Part shown: positions 36,496 through 49,875 of the stretch, one piece after another
How positions within the stretch are numbered: the stretch's first letter is position 1
Layout of the letters: the number at the start of each line of letters is the position of its first letter
Origin: Alphaproteobacteria bacterium
GTDB lineage: Bacteria > Pseudomonadota > Alphaproteobacteria > UBA2966
Length of the DNA stretch: 64,000 nt
Reading direction: 5' to 3'
Assembly (NCBI GenBank): GCA_964291395.2
Contig: OZ219856.1
Coordinates: 1,056,001 to 1,120,000, forward strand
Translations under genes and position numbers: made by a program
The notes under the pieces: model-generated
Database searches by the model: none
What the model saw: only the letters and a program-made list of their open reading frames with translations
Told to the model about the DNA's origin: nothing

Positions 36496-37746
36496 ATGAA
36501 TCGGAGCATCGTTGAAACCGTACAAGGTGGCCCGCCACTCGCGGGAAAGCGGGTCCTCGATCTGACGCAGGTCGTCGCGGGCCCGTTCTGTACGACCATG
36601 CTGGCCGATCTCGGCGCCGAGGTCGTGAAGCTGGAGCGGCCGGGAATCGGCGACGATACGCGCCGGGTCCAGCGTTACGAGGGCCGCGAGGACCACGAGG
36701 ACTACTTCAATGCCAGCAACCGCTGCAAGAAGAGCATCGAGCTCGATCTCAAGGACCCGGTACATTTGGCGATCGGCCGGGGGCTGGCCACGCGGGCGGA
36801 CGTAGTGGTCGAGAACTTCGCGCCCGGAACCGCCGCGCGCCTCGGCATGGCATGGGAAGACCTGCAGCCCCTGAATTCGCGTCTCGTCTATTGCTCGATA
36901 TCGGGGTTCGGCCAGGACGGCCCCTATCGTGACCGTCTGGCGCTCGACACCATGACGCAGGCCGTGGCCGGTCTGATGAGTGTCACCGGCTTTCCCGACG
37001 GCGATCCCGTGATCATGGGGGCCCCGCTCGCCGACGTCATTAGCGGTATGTTCGCCGCCTATGCGGTGCTCGGTGCACTCTATTCCGTCGCCCAGGGCGG
37101 CAACGGCCAGCATATCGACGTGAGCATGCAAGACAGCCTGATTGCCGCCATCGGTCCCCGCATGGGAGAGGCTCTCCAGGCCGGCAGATCATCGGGCCGG
37201 ATGGGAAACGAGAACCCTATCCGCGTGCCGTCCGACACCTTCCGGACACGTGACGGCCGGTTTATCAACATTACGGTGGTCAACGAACGCCATTGGGCGC
37301 CGTTCTGCCGTGCCATCGATCGTGAAGAGTGGATCGATGACCCGCGGTTCGCCGACATGCCCTCCCGCATCCGGCACCGCGCCGACCTCAAAGGGCCGCT
37401 CGTTGCGCGGTTCGCGGAAGAGACGCTCGAGGAATGGATATCGCGCCTGGATGCGGCACGGGTCCCGTATGCACCCGTCAACGACTACGCCCAGGCCCTG
37501 GCGGATCACCAGGTCGCGCACCGCGGGCTCGTGCGCGAAGTGGAACATCCCGGGTCGGGCGCCATCAACGTGATCGGCCCGCCATGGATTTCGACGCTCG
37601 CCTCCCCGCCCATGACACCGCCCCCGCTCCTCGGACAGCATACGGAGGAGGTCCTGCGGACATGGCTCGGCTGGAGCTCCAACTCGATCGCCGAATTCCT
37701 CCGTTCCGGAGAGGCGCCCGCCAGCAGCGTCGCGGCCGGTTCCTGA
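36496..37746 (+). CDS. CaiB/BaiF (family III) CoA-transferase
   Basis: PLAGKRVLDLTQVVAGPF...LADLGAEVVKLE...NRCKKSIELDLK; SD AAGGAGG. Confidence 0.92.
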   Translation: MNRSIVETVQGGPPLAGKRVLDLTQVVAGPFCTTMLADLGAEVVKLERPGIGDDTRRVQRYEGREDHEDYFNASNRCKKSIELDLKDPVHLAIGRGLATRADVVVENFAPGTAARLGMAWEDLQPLNSRLVYCSISGFGQDGPYRDRLALDTMTQAVAGLMSVTGFPDGDPVIMGAPLADVISGMFAAYAVLGALYSVAQGGNGQHIDVSMQDSLIAAIGPRMGEALQAGRSSGRMGNENPIRVPSDTFRTRDGRFINITVVNERHWAPFCRAIDREEWIDDPRFADMPSRIRHRADLKGPLVARFAEETLEEWISRLDAARVPYAPVNDYAQALADHQVAHRGLVREVEHPGSGAINVIGPPWISTLASPPMTPPPLLGQHTEEVLRTWLGWSSNSIAEFLRSGEAPASSVAAGS

Positions 37747-37799
37747 TACCCCGAAGCGGAGGAAGGGGGTCTCTCCCCACGTACGTCGAAAGATGATCG

Positions 37800-39026
<1,227 letters not shown>

Positions 39027-39043
39027 GTACGCTCTCGTTTCTT

Positions 39044-39436
39044 TCAATCCGACGGGACCACGGCGGTCGTCTCGATCTCCAGCAGGGCGTCTTCGTACAC
39101 CAGCCGGGATACTTCGACCAACGTCATCGTGGGATAGTGTTTCCCGATGATCTCTCCGTAGGCGGCGCCGACCTCCTTGAGGGCCGCCAGGTATTTGTCC
39201 AGGTCGGTGACATACCACGTCATACGTGTAATGTGTTCGGGCCTGGCGCCCGCCTCGGCCAGGACGGCGACGGTGTTCTCGAGAACTCGCCGGAACTGGC
39301 TGCCGAAATCCGGCGCGAAGTCACCCTCGGGCGTCGAGCCGACCTGTCCGGCGACGAAGACCTGCCGCCCCTCGGCCGCAATTCCGTTGGAATAGCCGCG
39401 GGGACGTGGCCAGCCTTCGGGGTTCAGAACCTGCAT
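39044..39436 (-). CDS. RidA/YjgF family protein
   Basis: [15 protein letters not shown]...VAGQVG...YPTMTLVEV...LLEIETTAV. Confidence 0.9.
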   Translation of the reverse strand: MQVLNPEGWPRPRGYSNGIAAEGRQVFVAGQVGSTPEGDFAPDFGSQFRRVLENTVAVLAEAGARPEHITRMTWYVTDLDKYLAALKEVGAAYGEIIGKHYPTMTLVEVSRLVYEDALLEIETTAVVPSD

Positions 39437-39543
39437 GAAAGTCTCCACCGCTATTTTCGCGGGCGACGCCCGGCAATGTCTGGAACGAAGGATTACCGCG
39501 CTCTTCCTTCGTGTATACCATGTGGAAGGGGTGTTGCGTGGCA

Positions 39544-39557
39544 CTGACATGGATCAA
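39544..39557 (+). promoter_or_regulatory. Possible FNR/FnrL/FixK box upstream of hemA
   Basis: CTGAC-ATGG-ATCAA versus consensus TTGA(T/C)-N4-ATCAA (one mismatch). Confidence 0.35.
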
Positions 39558-39665
39558 GGCGATGGCAGGGCTCATGGGCAAGGTATCCGTGTCAATCTGG
39601 GTACTCCGCGCTATATGATGAACGGGGCGCCGAGCCACCCTGAGGGGTGATCGCGAGGACGCGGC

Positions 39666-40877
39666 ATGGACTACACGAAACTGTTTGCTGATCGGGTGGC
39701 GGATCTCAAGAAGGAGGGTCGTTATCGCATCTTCGCCGAACTCGCGCGGAAGAAAGGAAGTTACCCCCACGCATCATGGTACACGGGCGACGGGACCCAG
39801 GACGTCATCGTCTGGTGCAGCAACGACTATCTCGGAATGGGTCAGCACCCCGAGGTCGTCGCGGCGATGCGCGAGGCCCTGGAAAGGTGCGGCGCCGGCG
39901 CCGGCGGCACCCGGAACATCTCGGGCACCAATCACTATCACGTGCTCCTGGAGCGCGAGCTCGCGGATCTTCACGGCAAGGAAGCCGCTCTCATCTTCAC
40001 GTCCGGCTACAACGCCAACGAGGCGGGCCTCAGCACCTTGGGCCGACTCATTCCCGGGACGATCACGTTCTCGGACGAGCTCAACCACGCCTCGATGATC
40101 GAGGGAATCAAGCACGGTCGCACCAGCAAGCGGATCTTCCGGCACAACGATCCAACTCATCTCGAGGAGTTGTTGAAGGAGACGCCGTCCGATGCACCGA
40201 AGCTGATCGCCTTCGAGTCGGTGTACTCCATGGATGGCGACATCGCGCCCATCGCCGATTTCTGCGATCTCGCCGATGAATACGGCGCCATGACCTATCT
40301 GGACGAAGTTCACGCCGTTGGCCTCTACGGGACGCGCGGCGCGGGTGTAGCGGAACGCGACGGGCAGATGGGCCGGGTCACCGTCATCAACGGGACGCTG
40401 GGCAAGGCGTTCGGGGTCGGCGGCGGCTATCTGGCGGGGCCGGATGCCATCATGGATGCCATCCGCAGCTATGCTGCGGCGTTTATCTTTTCGACGGCGC
40501 TCTCGCCCGTCATCGCCGCTGGCGCGCTGGCGAGCGTCCGGCACCTGAAGGACGCCGAGGCCATTCGGGAACGGCACCAGGAGCGGGCGGCAAAGCTGAA
40601 ACGGAGGTTGCGTGAGACCGGGCTGCCCGTGACGGACTCGGTGACGCACATCGTGCCCGTGATGATCGGTGACGCCGAGCGCTGCAAGGAAGTCTCGGAC
40701 ATGCTTCTCGAGGGGTACGGGATCTACGTTCAGCCGATCAACTACCCCACGGTGCCGCGCGGCACGGAGCGCCTGCGCTTTACGCCGACGCCGCTCCATA
40801 CCGACGAGATGATCGAGCACCTCGTCGATTCTCTGAACACGGTGTGGGGACGGTTGAACCTCAGGCGCGCGGCGTAG
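39666..40877 (+). CDS. hemA: 5-aminolevulinate synthase
   Basis: [60 protein letters not shown]. Confidence 0.97.
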   Translation: MDYTKLFADRVADLKKEGRYRIFAELARKKGSYPHASWYTGDGTQDVIVWCSNDYLGMGQHPEVVAAMREALERCGAGAGGTRNISGTNHYHVLLERELADLHGKEAALIFTSGYNANEAGLSTLGRLIPGTITFSDELNHASMIEGIKHGRTSKRIFRHNDPTHLEELLKETPSDAPKLIAFESVYSMDGDIAPIADFCDLADEYGAMTYLDEVHAVGLYGTRGAGVAERDGQMGRVTVINGTLGKAFGVGGGYLAGPDAIMDAIRSYAAAFIFSTALSPVIAAGALASVRHLKDAEAIRERHQERAAKLKRRLRETGLPVTDSVTHIVPVMIGDAERCKEVSDMLLEGYGIYVQPINYPTVPRGTERLRFTPTPLHTDEMIEHLVDSLNTVWGRLNLRRAA

Positions 40878-41141
40878 GGCGGATCTTGCTCCGGGCGGGT
40901 ATGGTCCCCGTGACTCTCCATGTTCATGACGTCTTCTGGCCCGCCGTTTGCGTGGATTTGACGACCGGTTCTCCGGGCGCCCTGCGAACCGTTTACCGGG
41001 TAGTTCGGGCCGGCCATGTCCAATTCGGTACCGTTGCGGAAGCAAGTCATCCCTTTGGCGCGGGACACGCTCCGTTTTGCGAACGTGCCCTCATTCGGTA
41101 ACTTTAGGGCTCCGAAATTTGACACCGAAGGATCCAGGCTC

Positions 41142-41867
41142 ATGACACAGGCAACCACCCTTGCATCCCAGGCGGAGTCGTTGACATCACTGCTTGGGTT
41201 ATCCGAACCCCCGCTCGCCATCACGTTTTCATCCGAAGCGCCCGATGGTGTGGAACGCTTTGACGCCGCGATGCCGGAGCCCACGCCGGACGGCCGAACG
41301 GGCCGGGTCGCCGCGGGCTGCGTGTTCTGGGTGGAGGCGCGCAGCGGGACGTTCACGACGGTGGCGGAGGATCACGGCAACTGCAGTGTCGGTTCGCTGA
41401 CCCATGGGTTCAAGACCCTGGAGGAGGCGGCGACCGGTGCGGACGTGGCGGCACTGGTCGAATCGGAGTGGGTGACGCCGGACGTATTTCCGCACATCCC
41501 GACGGTAAGCGAGAAGCCCGGGTTCGTGACCTACGGGCCCCTCCGTGAATCGCCGGCCGCACCGGATGTCGTGTTCCTGCGGTTGAACGGCAAGCAGGCC
41601 ATGATGCTGCACGATGCCTGGCCGGAACTTCGTGTCGAAGGCAAGCCTCAGTGTCACATCATCCCCATCGCCAAGGAGAGCGGCGACGTCGCGCTGAGCG
41701 TAGGGTGCATGCTGAGCCGTGTCCGAACGGGCATGAGCAACAACGAGGTCACATGCGCCATCCCGGCGGTAAAGCTGGGCGAGCTCCTTGAGCGGCTTGA
41801 AACCGCGAACGGCGCCGACATGAAGGTGGCGGCCTATGCCGCGGCGGATGCCAAGCGTTTCGCCTAG
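41142..41867 (+). CDS. DUF169 family protein
   Basis: AGCVFW...HGNCSVG...YGPL...PDVVFLR...KPQCHII...SVGCMLSR Cys pattern. Confidence 0.75.
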   Translation: MTQATTLASQAESLTSLLGLSEPPLAITFSSEAPDGVERFDAAMPEPTPDGRTGRVAAGCVFWVEARSGTFTTVAEDHGNCSVGSLTHGFKTLEEAATGADVAALVESEWVTPDVFPHIPTVSEKPGFVTYGPLRESPAAPDVVFLRLNGKQAMMLHDAWPELRVEGKPQCHIIPIAKESGDVALSVGCMLSRVRTGMSNNEVTCAIPAVKLGELLERLETANGADMKVAAYAAADAKRFA

Positions 41868-41955
41868 ACCTCGCCGTCTGTTGGTCGCTCTGAAGGTCCT
41901 CTGATATGCGCATCGGCATCTCGCGCGAAGAGTCCGGCAGGTCCGTGAAGGAACC

Positions 41956-42942
41956 GTGATGTCGGACACGATCCCCGTCATCGACATTTCCGACTTCATG
42001 TCGGGCTCGGCGAAGGGGTTGGAGAACGCCGCGCGCCAGGTGCGCGAGGCCCTGACGACGGTCGGCTTTTTCGTTCTCGAGGGACACGGCGTACCGCGGG
42101 CGCGGATTGACCGCGCGTTCGCCGCCGCCGCACGGCTGCACGAGTTGCCCATGACGACGAAGCTCGCCCTGAGAATGAACGAGCACAACAACGGCTACAT
42201 GACCTTGGGTCGTTACGCGGTCTGGACGTCCGAGGTGAACGACAACGACCGGCCCGACTTGAACGAGGCCTTCTTCATCCGGCGCGAGCGGCCCGCGGAT
42301 GATCCTGTCTATGCGTCGGGGCGGCGTTTTCTGGGACCCAACCAATGGCCCGACGAAAACGATATGCCGGGATTCCGCGCCGAGATTCTCGATTACATGC
42401 GCGCCCTCGAAACATTGTCGCACCGCTTCCTGCCCGTCGCAGCCAGGTCCCTCGATCTTGAGCCGGACTGGTTCGACGGGTTTTTCGCGGACAGCTACTA
42501 CATTCTGCGCGTGTCCCACTATCCGCCGGTGGAGGCAGGGGCCAACCAGTACGGAATCGCGCCGCACACCGACGCCAATTTCCTGACCTTCCTGCCGCTC
42601 ACCGACGTTCCCGGCCTTCAGGTGCGCATGCCCGACGGCGGATGGCAGGACGTGCCCTACGTTCCCGGCGCTTTCGCGGTGAATTCCGGCGACATCGTGA
42701 AACGATGGTCGAACGGACGCTTCAAGTCGACGCCGCACCGCGCGCTTCCGCCGGTGGACCGGGATCGCTACGCCCTGCCGTTCTTTTTCGGTCCGAGTTG
42801 GGATGCGACCATCGAATGTATGCCCGGCTGCAGCGGACCGGACAATCCGCCACGGTGGCCGGTGACTACCTACGGTGAGTGGATGACGGGCTGGTACGAC
42901 GCCAACTACGATCATAGGGTCCAGGTTTCCGCCGTCGGATAG
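41956..42942 (+). CDS. Isopenicillin-N-synthase-like 2OG-Fe(II) oxygenase
   Basis: IPVIDIS, GFFVLEGHGV, HYPP, HTD, NSGD...WSNGRFKSTPHR, RYALPFF. Confidence 0.92.
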   Translation: MMSDTIPVIDISDFMSGSAKGLENAARQVREALTTVGFFVLEGHGVPRARIDRAFAAAARLHELPMTTKLALRMNEHNNGYMTLGRYAVWTSEVNDNDRPDLNEAFFIRRERPADDPVYASGRRFLGPNQWPDENDMPGFRAEILDYMRALETLSHRFLPVAARSLDLEPDWFDGFFADSYYILRVSHYPPVEAGANQYGIAPHTDANFLTFLPLTDVPGLQVRMPDGGWQDVPYVPGAFAVNSGDIVKRWSNGRFKSTPHRALPPVDRDRYALPFFFGPSWDATIECMPGCSGPDNPPRWPVTTYGEWMTGWYDANYDHRVQVSAVG

Positions 42943-42990
42943 CGGTCTCCGTGCCTTGTCCTTCGACGGGTTCAATCACAGGGGGCACGT

Positions 42991-43917
<927 letters not shown>

Positions 43918-43921
43918 ACCG

Positions 43922-45436
43922 TTGACGGACATCATCGCCCGGCCCTTGGCGGGCACTCGACCGTTCCGTCTGCAGGGCGCGCTGAAGGAAGCCGGTCTCG
44001 CGGCGTTCGTCATGTTCGCCTTGAGCCTCGCCTTGATCGCGGTGCGCGTCGAGGACGTGCCCGGCGGATTGGCAATCCGGTGGCGGCCATTCGACGTGAT
44101 CGCGGCGGTCGTCCTCGTGTTTCTGGGGCGTCTGGGTCTGGCATTCCTGCGCAACAACCGGCCTGCGCCCGTGGCGCTGGCCTCGGGGCTGTTCAGCGCC
44201 GTGATGGCGCTGCTGCTGATCGTCTTGGCGAGCGACGGTGGTGAGGCTAACTGGGCACAATCACTGCTCCCGTTCAGCGGTTTCGTGGTCAATGTCCTTG
44301 TTCTGATCATCTCCCTCGTTCTTACGCTGCGCGCGGGACTGATGTGGCGCCGCGGCGAACGGGCCGACGCGGGCGCGGGCGTCGGAGATACGATGGACCG
44401 GCTCGCGGCCTCCGTGCAGGGCGTTGCCGTCTATGTCATTCCCGTCTTCCTGGTGGCGGTGATAATCTTCCCGTTCCTGCCCTTCGCCGACCGCCGCATT
44501 CTGGATATCGCCATCCTCGTGGTCACGTACATCATGCTCGGCTGGGGACTGAACATCGTGGTCGGGCTGGCCGGTCTCCTTGATCTGGGATACGTCGCGT
44601 TCTATGCGGTCGGTGCCTATGCCTATGCCCTGCTGGCGACGGAAATGGGCATAGGCTTCTGGCTTTGCTTGCCGTTCGCTGGCGCCATGGCGGCACTGGC
44701 GGGCGTGCTTCTGGGATTCCCGGTGCTGCGTCTGCGCGGCGATTACCTCGCCATCGTCACGCTCGGCTTTGGTGAAATGATCCGGATCATCCTCCTGAAC
44801 TGGTACGAAGTCACGAACGGTCCCGACGGCATCTCCGGCATCCCCCGGCCTACGTTCTTCGGCCTGCCGTTCGTGCGATCGCCGCCCGAGGGCGTGGAGT
44901 CGTTCCACAGCTTCTTCGGACTCACCTACGCGCCCGTCGACCGGATCATCTTCCTCTACTACGTGATCCTGGTGATGGCGCTGATCACCAATCAATTCAC
45001 GTTGCGAATCCGCAAGCTACCTGTGGGCCGGGCCTGGGAGGCCTTACGTGAAGACGAGACGGCCAGCCGGTCGCTCGGGATCAATCCTCGCAACACGAAG
45101 CTCACGGCGTTCGGTATCGGAGCGATGTTCGGGGGCTTTGCGGGATCGTTTTTCGCGACACGCCAGGGCTTCATCAGTCCAGAGAGCTTCACGTTCATCG
45201 AGTCAGCGGTGATTCTGGCGATTGTCGTGCTCGGCGGCATGGGGAGTCAGATTGGCGTGGTGCTCGCCGCGGTCCTGTTGATCGGTCTGCCCGAGATGTT
45301 CCGGGAGCTCCAGGAATTTCGGATGCTCGCGTTCGGAGCGGCCATGGTGCTGATCATGATCTGGCGGCCGCGCGGGCTTTTAGCGCATCGGGAACCCACG
45401 ATCCGCCTGTTCGAAAAGGGGGCGGGTAAGCGATGA
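43922..45436 (+). CDS. livM: Branched-chain amino acid ABC permease
   Basis: [20 protein letters not shown]...[17 protein letters not shown]...[11 protein letters not shown]. Confidence 0.93.
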   Translation: MTDIIARPLAGTRPFRLQGALKEAGLAAFVMFALSLALIAVRVEDVPGGLAIRWRPFDVIAAVVLVFLGRLGLAFLRNNRPAPVALASGLFSAVMALLLIVLASDGGEANWAQSLLPFSGFVVNVLVLIISLVLTLRAGLMWRRGERADAGAGVGDTMDRLAASVQGVAVYVIPVFLVAVIIFPFLPFADRRILDIAILVVTYIMLGWGLNIVVGLAGLLDLGYVAFYAVGAYAYALLATEMGIGFWLCLPFAGAMAALAGVLLGFPVLRLRGDYLAIVTLGFGEMIRIILLNWYEVTNGPDGISGIPRPTFFGLPFVRSPPEGVESFHSFFGLTYAPVDRIIFLYYVILVMALITNQFTLRIRKLPVGRAWEALREDETASRSLGINPRNTKLTAFGIGAMFGGFAGSFFATRQGFISPESFTFIESAVILAIVVLGGMGSQIGVVLAAVLLIGLPEMFRELQEFRMLAFGAAMVLIMIWRPRGLLAHREPTIRLFEKGAGKR

Positions 45437-46278
45437 CGGCGGCGGATATCCTGGAGTCCGCGCGGCCGCTGCTGGACGTCGAGCATCTGACGATGCGTTT
45501 CGGTGGCCTCGTGGCCATCGACGATGTCTCCTTCGCCGCGGCACCGGAGGACATCACGGCGATCATTGGGCCCAATGGGGCGGGCAAGACGACCGTGTTC
45601 AACTGCCTGACCGGTTTCTACCGGCCTTCGGTCGGACGGTTGACCCTGCACCGGGACGGTCAGGAACACCTGCTCGAGCGCATGGAGGGCCACGATATTG
45701 CCCAGGCCGGTGTGGCGAGGACGTTTCAGAACATCCGATTGTTTCCACAGATGTCCGCGCTCGAGAACCTCATCGTTGCCCAGCACAACAAGCTGATGCG
45801 GGCCTCGGGGTACACGGTGTTCGGATTGATGGGCATGCAGGCCTATTCCGAGGCGGAGGCCCAAGCCGTCGAGCTTGCCCGGTACTGGCTGGAGAGGATC
45901 GAGCTGGTAGACCGTGCGGATGACGATGCGGGCAATCTCGCCTACGGACAACAACGCCGGCTCGAGATCGCCAGAGCGATGTGCACGGAACCCGCGCTTC
46001 TCTGCCTGGACGAACCCGCAGCAGGACTGAACCCACGCGAGTCGGTAGAGCTCGAGGAGCTCCTGCTCTTCATTCGGGAACAGCATGGTGTCGGCATCTT
46101 GCTGATCGAGCATGACATGAGCGTGGTCATGGAGATCTCCGATCACATCGTCGTCCTCGATTACGGGCAGAAAATTGCCGAAGGGACGCCGCAAGAGATT
46201 CGCGACGACCCAGCCGTGATCCGAGCCTATCTCGGCGAGGAGGGCAGTGCCGGTGCCGAGCGAGGCGGGGGCGCGTGA
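45433..46278 (+). CDS. livG: Branched-chain amino acid ABC ATPase
   Basis: [39 protein letters not shown]. Confidence 0.93.
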   Translation: MTAADILESARPLLDVEHLTMRFGGLVAIDDVSFAAAPEDITAIIGPNGAGKTTVFNCLTGFYRPSVGRLTLHRDGQEHLLERMEGHDIAQAGVARTFQNIRLFPQMSALENLIVAQHNKLMRASGYTVFGLMGMQAYSEAEAQAVELARYWLERIELVDRADDDAGNLAYGQQRRLEIARAMCTEPALLCLDEPAAGLNPRESVELEELLLFIREQHGVGILLIEHDMSVVMEISDHIVVLDYGQKIAEGTPQEIRDDPAVIRAYLGEEGSAGAERGGGA

Positions 46279-47021
46279 TGCTCGAGGTAACCGGGGTCGA
46301 GACCTTTTACGGCAATATTCAGGCGTTGCGCGGAGTCGACGTCTCGATCCAGCAGGGAGAGATCGTGACGCTCATCGGAGCCAACGGCGCCGGGAAGTCC
46401 ACTTTGTTGATGACGATCTGCGGAAATCCCCGTGCGGCATCGGGGCGGATCGCCTTCGAGGACCGAGATATCACGACCCTGCCCACCTACGAGATCGTGC
46501 GGCTGGGAATCGCGCAGTCGCCCGAGGGGCGCCGCATTTTTCCCCGCATGACGGTGTTGGAAAACCTGCAGATCGGCGCGACGATCGCGGAAGAGACCTA
46601 CTACGAAGAAGACGTTCAGCGAGTCTTCAAGCTCTTTCCCCTTCTTTACGAGCGCCAGCATCAGCGCGGCGGCACGTTGTCCGGTGGCGAACAGCAGATG
46701 CTCGCAATCGGCCGCGCCTTGATGAGCCGGCCCAAGCTTCTGTTGTTGGACGAGCCCTCTCTCGGCCTCGCGCCGCGCTTGGTGGCCCAAATTTTCGAGG
46801 TGATCAAGGAGATCAACGAATCGGAAGGTGTGACCATCTTCCTCGTCGAGCAGAACGCCTATCATGCCTTGCGCTTGGCGCATCGGGCCTATGTCATGGC
46901 GAACGGCAACATCCTGTTGACCGGGACGGGCCAAGAGTTGCTCGAAAACGACGAGATCCGCGCGGCGTATCTGGAGGGCGGGGCCAGGAAGACGGATGTC
47001 GGACAGTCGGGGAACGCGTGA
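46278..47021 (+). CDS. livF: Branched-chain amino acid ABC ATPase
   Basis: GANGAGKST, PEGRRIF, LSGGEQQML, LDEPSLG. Confidence 0.93.
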   Translation: MLEVTGVETFYGNIQALRGVDVSIQQGEIVTLIGANGAGKSTLLMTICGNPRAASGRIAFEDRDITTLPTYEIVRLGIAQSPEGRRIFPRMTVLENLQIGATIAEETYYEEDVQRVFKLFPLLYERQHQRGGTLSGGEQQMLAIGRALMSRPKLLLLDEPSLGLAPRLVAQIFEVIKEINESEGVTIFLVEQNAYHALRLAHRAYVMANGNILLTGTGQELLENDEIRAAYLEGGARKTDVGQSGNA

Positions 47022-47362
47022 TGGAGGGGCTTCTCGGCACCGGCTACGGCGTCTTCTTCATCGTGACCATCGTGGTCATGGGTTTCGCCGCGTACGTGAC
47101 GGGACAGGCCTGCGCGAACACATGGCGTCCCATCGGTCACGTGGTCTTCTACTGCTTCCTACTGGGCTTGACGGACAGGTTTCTGGTCTTTGCCCTGTTC
47201 GAAGGTGAGTTGTTGTCGGTCAGCGGCTACCTCATCGACACCGTGGTGCTGATCGTCATCGCGCTGTTCGCCTTCCGGCTGAACCGGGCCGCACGCCTGG
47301 TGACGCAATACCCGTGGCTTTACGAACGCACGGGGCTCTTGTCCTATCGCAGGCGCGCCTGA
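47021..47362 (+). CDS. Small membrane protein typical of alphaproteobacterial liv operons (DUF6867-like)
   Basis: TGQACANTWRP...DRFLVFALFEGELLS...LVTQYPWLYERTG. Confidence 0.8.
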   Translation: MEGLLGTGYGVFFIVTIVVMGFAAYVTGQACANTWRPIGHVVFYCFLLGLTDRFLVFALFEGELLSVSGYLIDTVVLIVIALFAFRLNRAARLVTQYPWLYERTGLLSYRRRA

Positions 47363-47726
47363 GCCGTCTGTTCCGCGTGATCGGGGCGACATACGCGACG
47401 GCGGCGGAGATACCGCCCAACTTGCTCCACGACCCGTTCCAAGGCCGGGCCGATCGCCCGGGTTATGCTGGCCGGGTCCTGCAGCATGACCTCGCCATGC
47501 TCGGTCAGCAGGCCATGTAGGTCGTTGAATCTGGGCGGAGCGGCTGTCCACTTGTACACAGGGCGGCTGCGATACAGGGGCACATATGTCCCTTGCCCGC
47601 GCGACTCCCCGTGCTACAGTGACGCGAACTGCGGAGCTATCGCAGGGGATGCGAGCGCGCGTCCAGTCCCGGCCGGCGGAGTGCCGGGTCATCGTCGGTC
47701 ACAATCGAGAGGGGAGGAGGATCCCG

Positions 47727-48845
47727 ATGTTTAGCATTCGTGGCAGTCTCGTGGCGGTGCTGGCCGCTTCGGGTCTCGCGCTTGGAGCCAGCGCGGCACA
47801 GGCACAGATCAAGATCGCGACCGCCGGTCCGATGACCGGGCAGTACGCTTCGTTCGGCGAGCAGATGCAGCGGGGCGCGGAGATGGCCGTCGCCGACCTC
47901 AACGCCGCTGGCGGCGTCCTCGGCAAGAAGCTGGAACTGAGCATCGGTGACGATGCCTGCGATCCCAAACAGGCGGTTGCGGTGGCCAACAAGATGGTGA
48001 GCGACGGCGTCGTGTTCATGGCGGGCCATTTCTGCTCGGGTTCGTCCATCCCCGCCTCGAAAGTCTACGAGGAAGAGGGGATTTTGCAGATCTCTCCGGC
48101 GTCCACGAACCCGAAGCTGACGGATGAAGGCGGCGACAACGTGTTCCGTGTCTGCGGTCGTGACGATCAGCAGGGTATCGTCGGAGGAAACCTGCTCGCC
48201 GATGTCTTCGGCGAGAAGAAGATCGCCATCCTTCACGACAAGACGGCGTACGGAAAAGGCCTCGCGGACGAGACCAAGAAGCAGCTCAACAACCGCGGCG
48301 TGACAGAGACCATGTACGAGGCCTATACGGCCGGCGAGAAGGACTACACCGCGGTCATCTCGAAGATGAAAGCCGCCGGCATCGATGCCTTCTACGTAGG
48401 CGGTTACCATACCGAAGCCGGTCTCATGATCCGGCAGGCGCACGAGCAGGGCTACAAACCGCAGCTCGTGTCGGGCGATGCCCTGGTCACGGACGAGTTC
48501 TGGAAGATCACCGGTGCGGCTGGCGAGGGCACGCTGATGACCTTCAGCCCTGACCCCCGGAAGAATCCGGAAGCTGCCGATGTGGTGAAGAAATTCCAGG
48601 CTCAGAACTACGAGCCCGAGGGTTACACGCTCTATACCTACGGTGCCATCCAGGCGTGGGCGCAGGCCGTCGAGAAGGCCGGCTCCACGGACACCAACGT
48701 CGTGATCGAGTCGCTGCGGTCGAACAAGTTCGACACCGTGCTCGGCAACATCGGCTTCGATCAAACGGGCGACGTCACGGCCCCGGGTTACGTTTGGTAC
48801 GAATGGAGCGACGGAACGTACGACTACACCAAGAAGATGATGTAG
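47727..48845 (+). CDS. livK: Branched-chain amino acid ABC substrate-binding protein (LivJ/LivK)
   Basis: Signal peptide; GPMTGQYA, DDACDPKQAV, GHFCSGSSIPA, RVCGRDDQQG, HDKTAYGKG. Confidence 0.93.
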   Translation: MFSIRGSLVAVLAASGLALGASAAQAQIKIATAGPMTGQYASFGEQMQRGAEMAVADLNAAGGVLGKKLELSIGDDACDPKQAVAVANKMVSDGVVFMAGHFCSGSSIPASKVYEEEGILQISPASTNPKLTDEGGDNVFRVCGRDDQQGIVGGNLLADVFGEKKIAILHDKTAYGKGLADETKKQLNNRGVTETMYEAYTAGEKDYTAVISKMKAAGIDAFYVGGYHTEAGLMIRQAHEQGYKPQLVSGDALVTDEFWKITGAAGEGTLMTFSPDPRKNPEAADVVKKFQAQNYEPEGYTLYTYGAIQAWAQAVEKAGSTDTNVVIESLRSNKFDTVLGNIGFDQTGDVTAPGYVWYEWSDGTYDYTKKMM

Positions 48846-48871
48846 TCGCGACCGGCACTTGAAATCGGTTT

Positions 48872-48899
48872 GGGCCGGCGGTGGCACCGCCGGCCCTTT
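48872..48899 (+). terminator. Probable intrinsic terminator after livK
   Basis: GGGCCGGCGGT-GGC-ACCGCCGGCCC-TTT between convergent genes. Confidence 0.65.
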
Positions 48900-48939
48900 C
48901 GGTTGGCGGGGCTGCGGGCGGCCACCCCGGAACGTGCGG

Positions 48940-49740
48940 TCAACGCTCTCCGGTGAAGTTGGGCTCGCGCTTCTCGAACATGGCGTCCACGGCCTCCCGG
49001 TGGTTGGCCGTGTGATGGGCGATCGCCTGCATTCCGCAGGAGAGTTCCAATAGCGTTTCGAGGTCGACGCGCTGTCCTTCCCGGATGAGCCGCTTTGTCA
49101 TTCTCAAGGCTTCAGGAGGATTCACGGCAACACGACCGGCGAGAGCTCGTGCCTCGTCCATCAGGCTTTCTGGTGGAACTACCCGCGACACGAGGCCCCA
49201 TTCGAGCGCCGTTTCCGCATCGAGCCGGTCACCCGTGAAGGACATCTCGGCTGCCCGCGCCATGCCGATGGCACGCGGCAGAAACCACGCGCCGCCATCG
49301 CCTGGGATGATGCCGAGCTTGACGAACACTTCCGCGAAGGAGGCCCGTGTCGACGCGATCCGCATGTCGCACATCATGGCGATGTCGAAACCCGCACCGA
49401 TGGCGGCGCCATTGACGGCCGCGATGATGGGAACTTCCAGACGATACATCGCAAGCGGCATGCGCTGTATGCCTTCACGATAGGCCGATCGGATCTGGGC
49501 GGCCGAGCCACCGAACAGGCTGGTCCGGTCCCGCATGTCCTTGATGTTGCCGCCGGACGAAAAGCCCTTGCCGGCACCTGTCAGAATGATGCACCGGACA
49601 GATAGGTCGTGGTTGATTCGGTCACAGTGAGCAACAAGCGATTCGCAGATGTCCTCGGTGATGGCGTTTCGGGTATCGGGTCGGTTGAGCGTCAACGTGA
49701 CGACGGACCCGTCCTGCTCGCAAACGACTGCATCGGTCAT
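48940..49740 (-). CDS. Enoyl-CoA hydratase/isomerase (crotonase)
   Basis: LTLNRPDTRNA, GFSSGGNI, AVNGAAIGAG, KLGIIPGDGG. Confidence 0.92.
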   Translation of the reverse strand: MTDAVVCEQDGSVVTLTLNRPDTRNAITEDICESLVAHCDRINHDLSVRCIILTGAGKGFSSGGNIKDMRDRTSLFGGSAAQIRSAYREGIQRMPLAMYRLEVPIIAAVNGAAIGAGFDIAMMCDMRIASTRASFAEVFVKLGIIPGDGGAWFLPRAIGMARAAEMSFTGDRLDAETALEWGLVSRVVPPESLMDEARALAGRVAVNPPEALRMTKRLIREGQRVDLETLLELSCGMQAIAHHTANHREAVDAMFEKREPNFTGER

Positions 49741-49824
49741 GGCGGCTTCTTGCCTTTTCTCTTGGTTCATTGGGGATTGAGGAGCATCCAGCGCAGGGTT
49801 CGCCGGATGACCTCCCGAAAGCAT

Positions 49825-49854
49825 CCGGCCGGCGTCGGCCGGCCGGTTTTTTTT
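49825..49854 (+). terminator. Intrinsic terminator with plus-strand polarity
   Basis: CCGGCCGGC-GTCG-GCCGGCCGG-TTTTTTTT. Confidence 0.7.
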
Positions 49855-49875
49855 GTACGTAGGGTAGATGCGACG

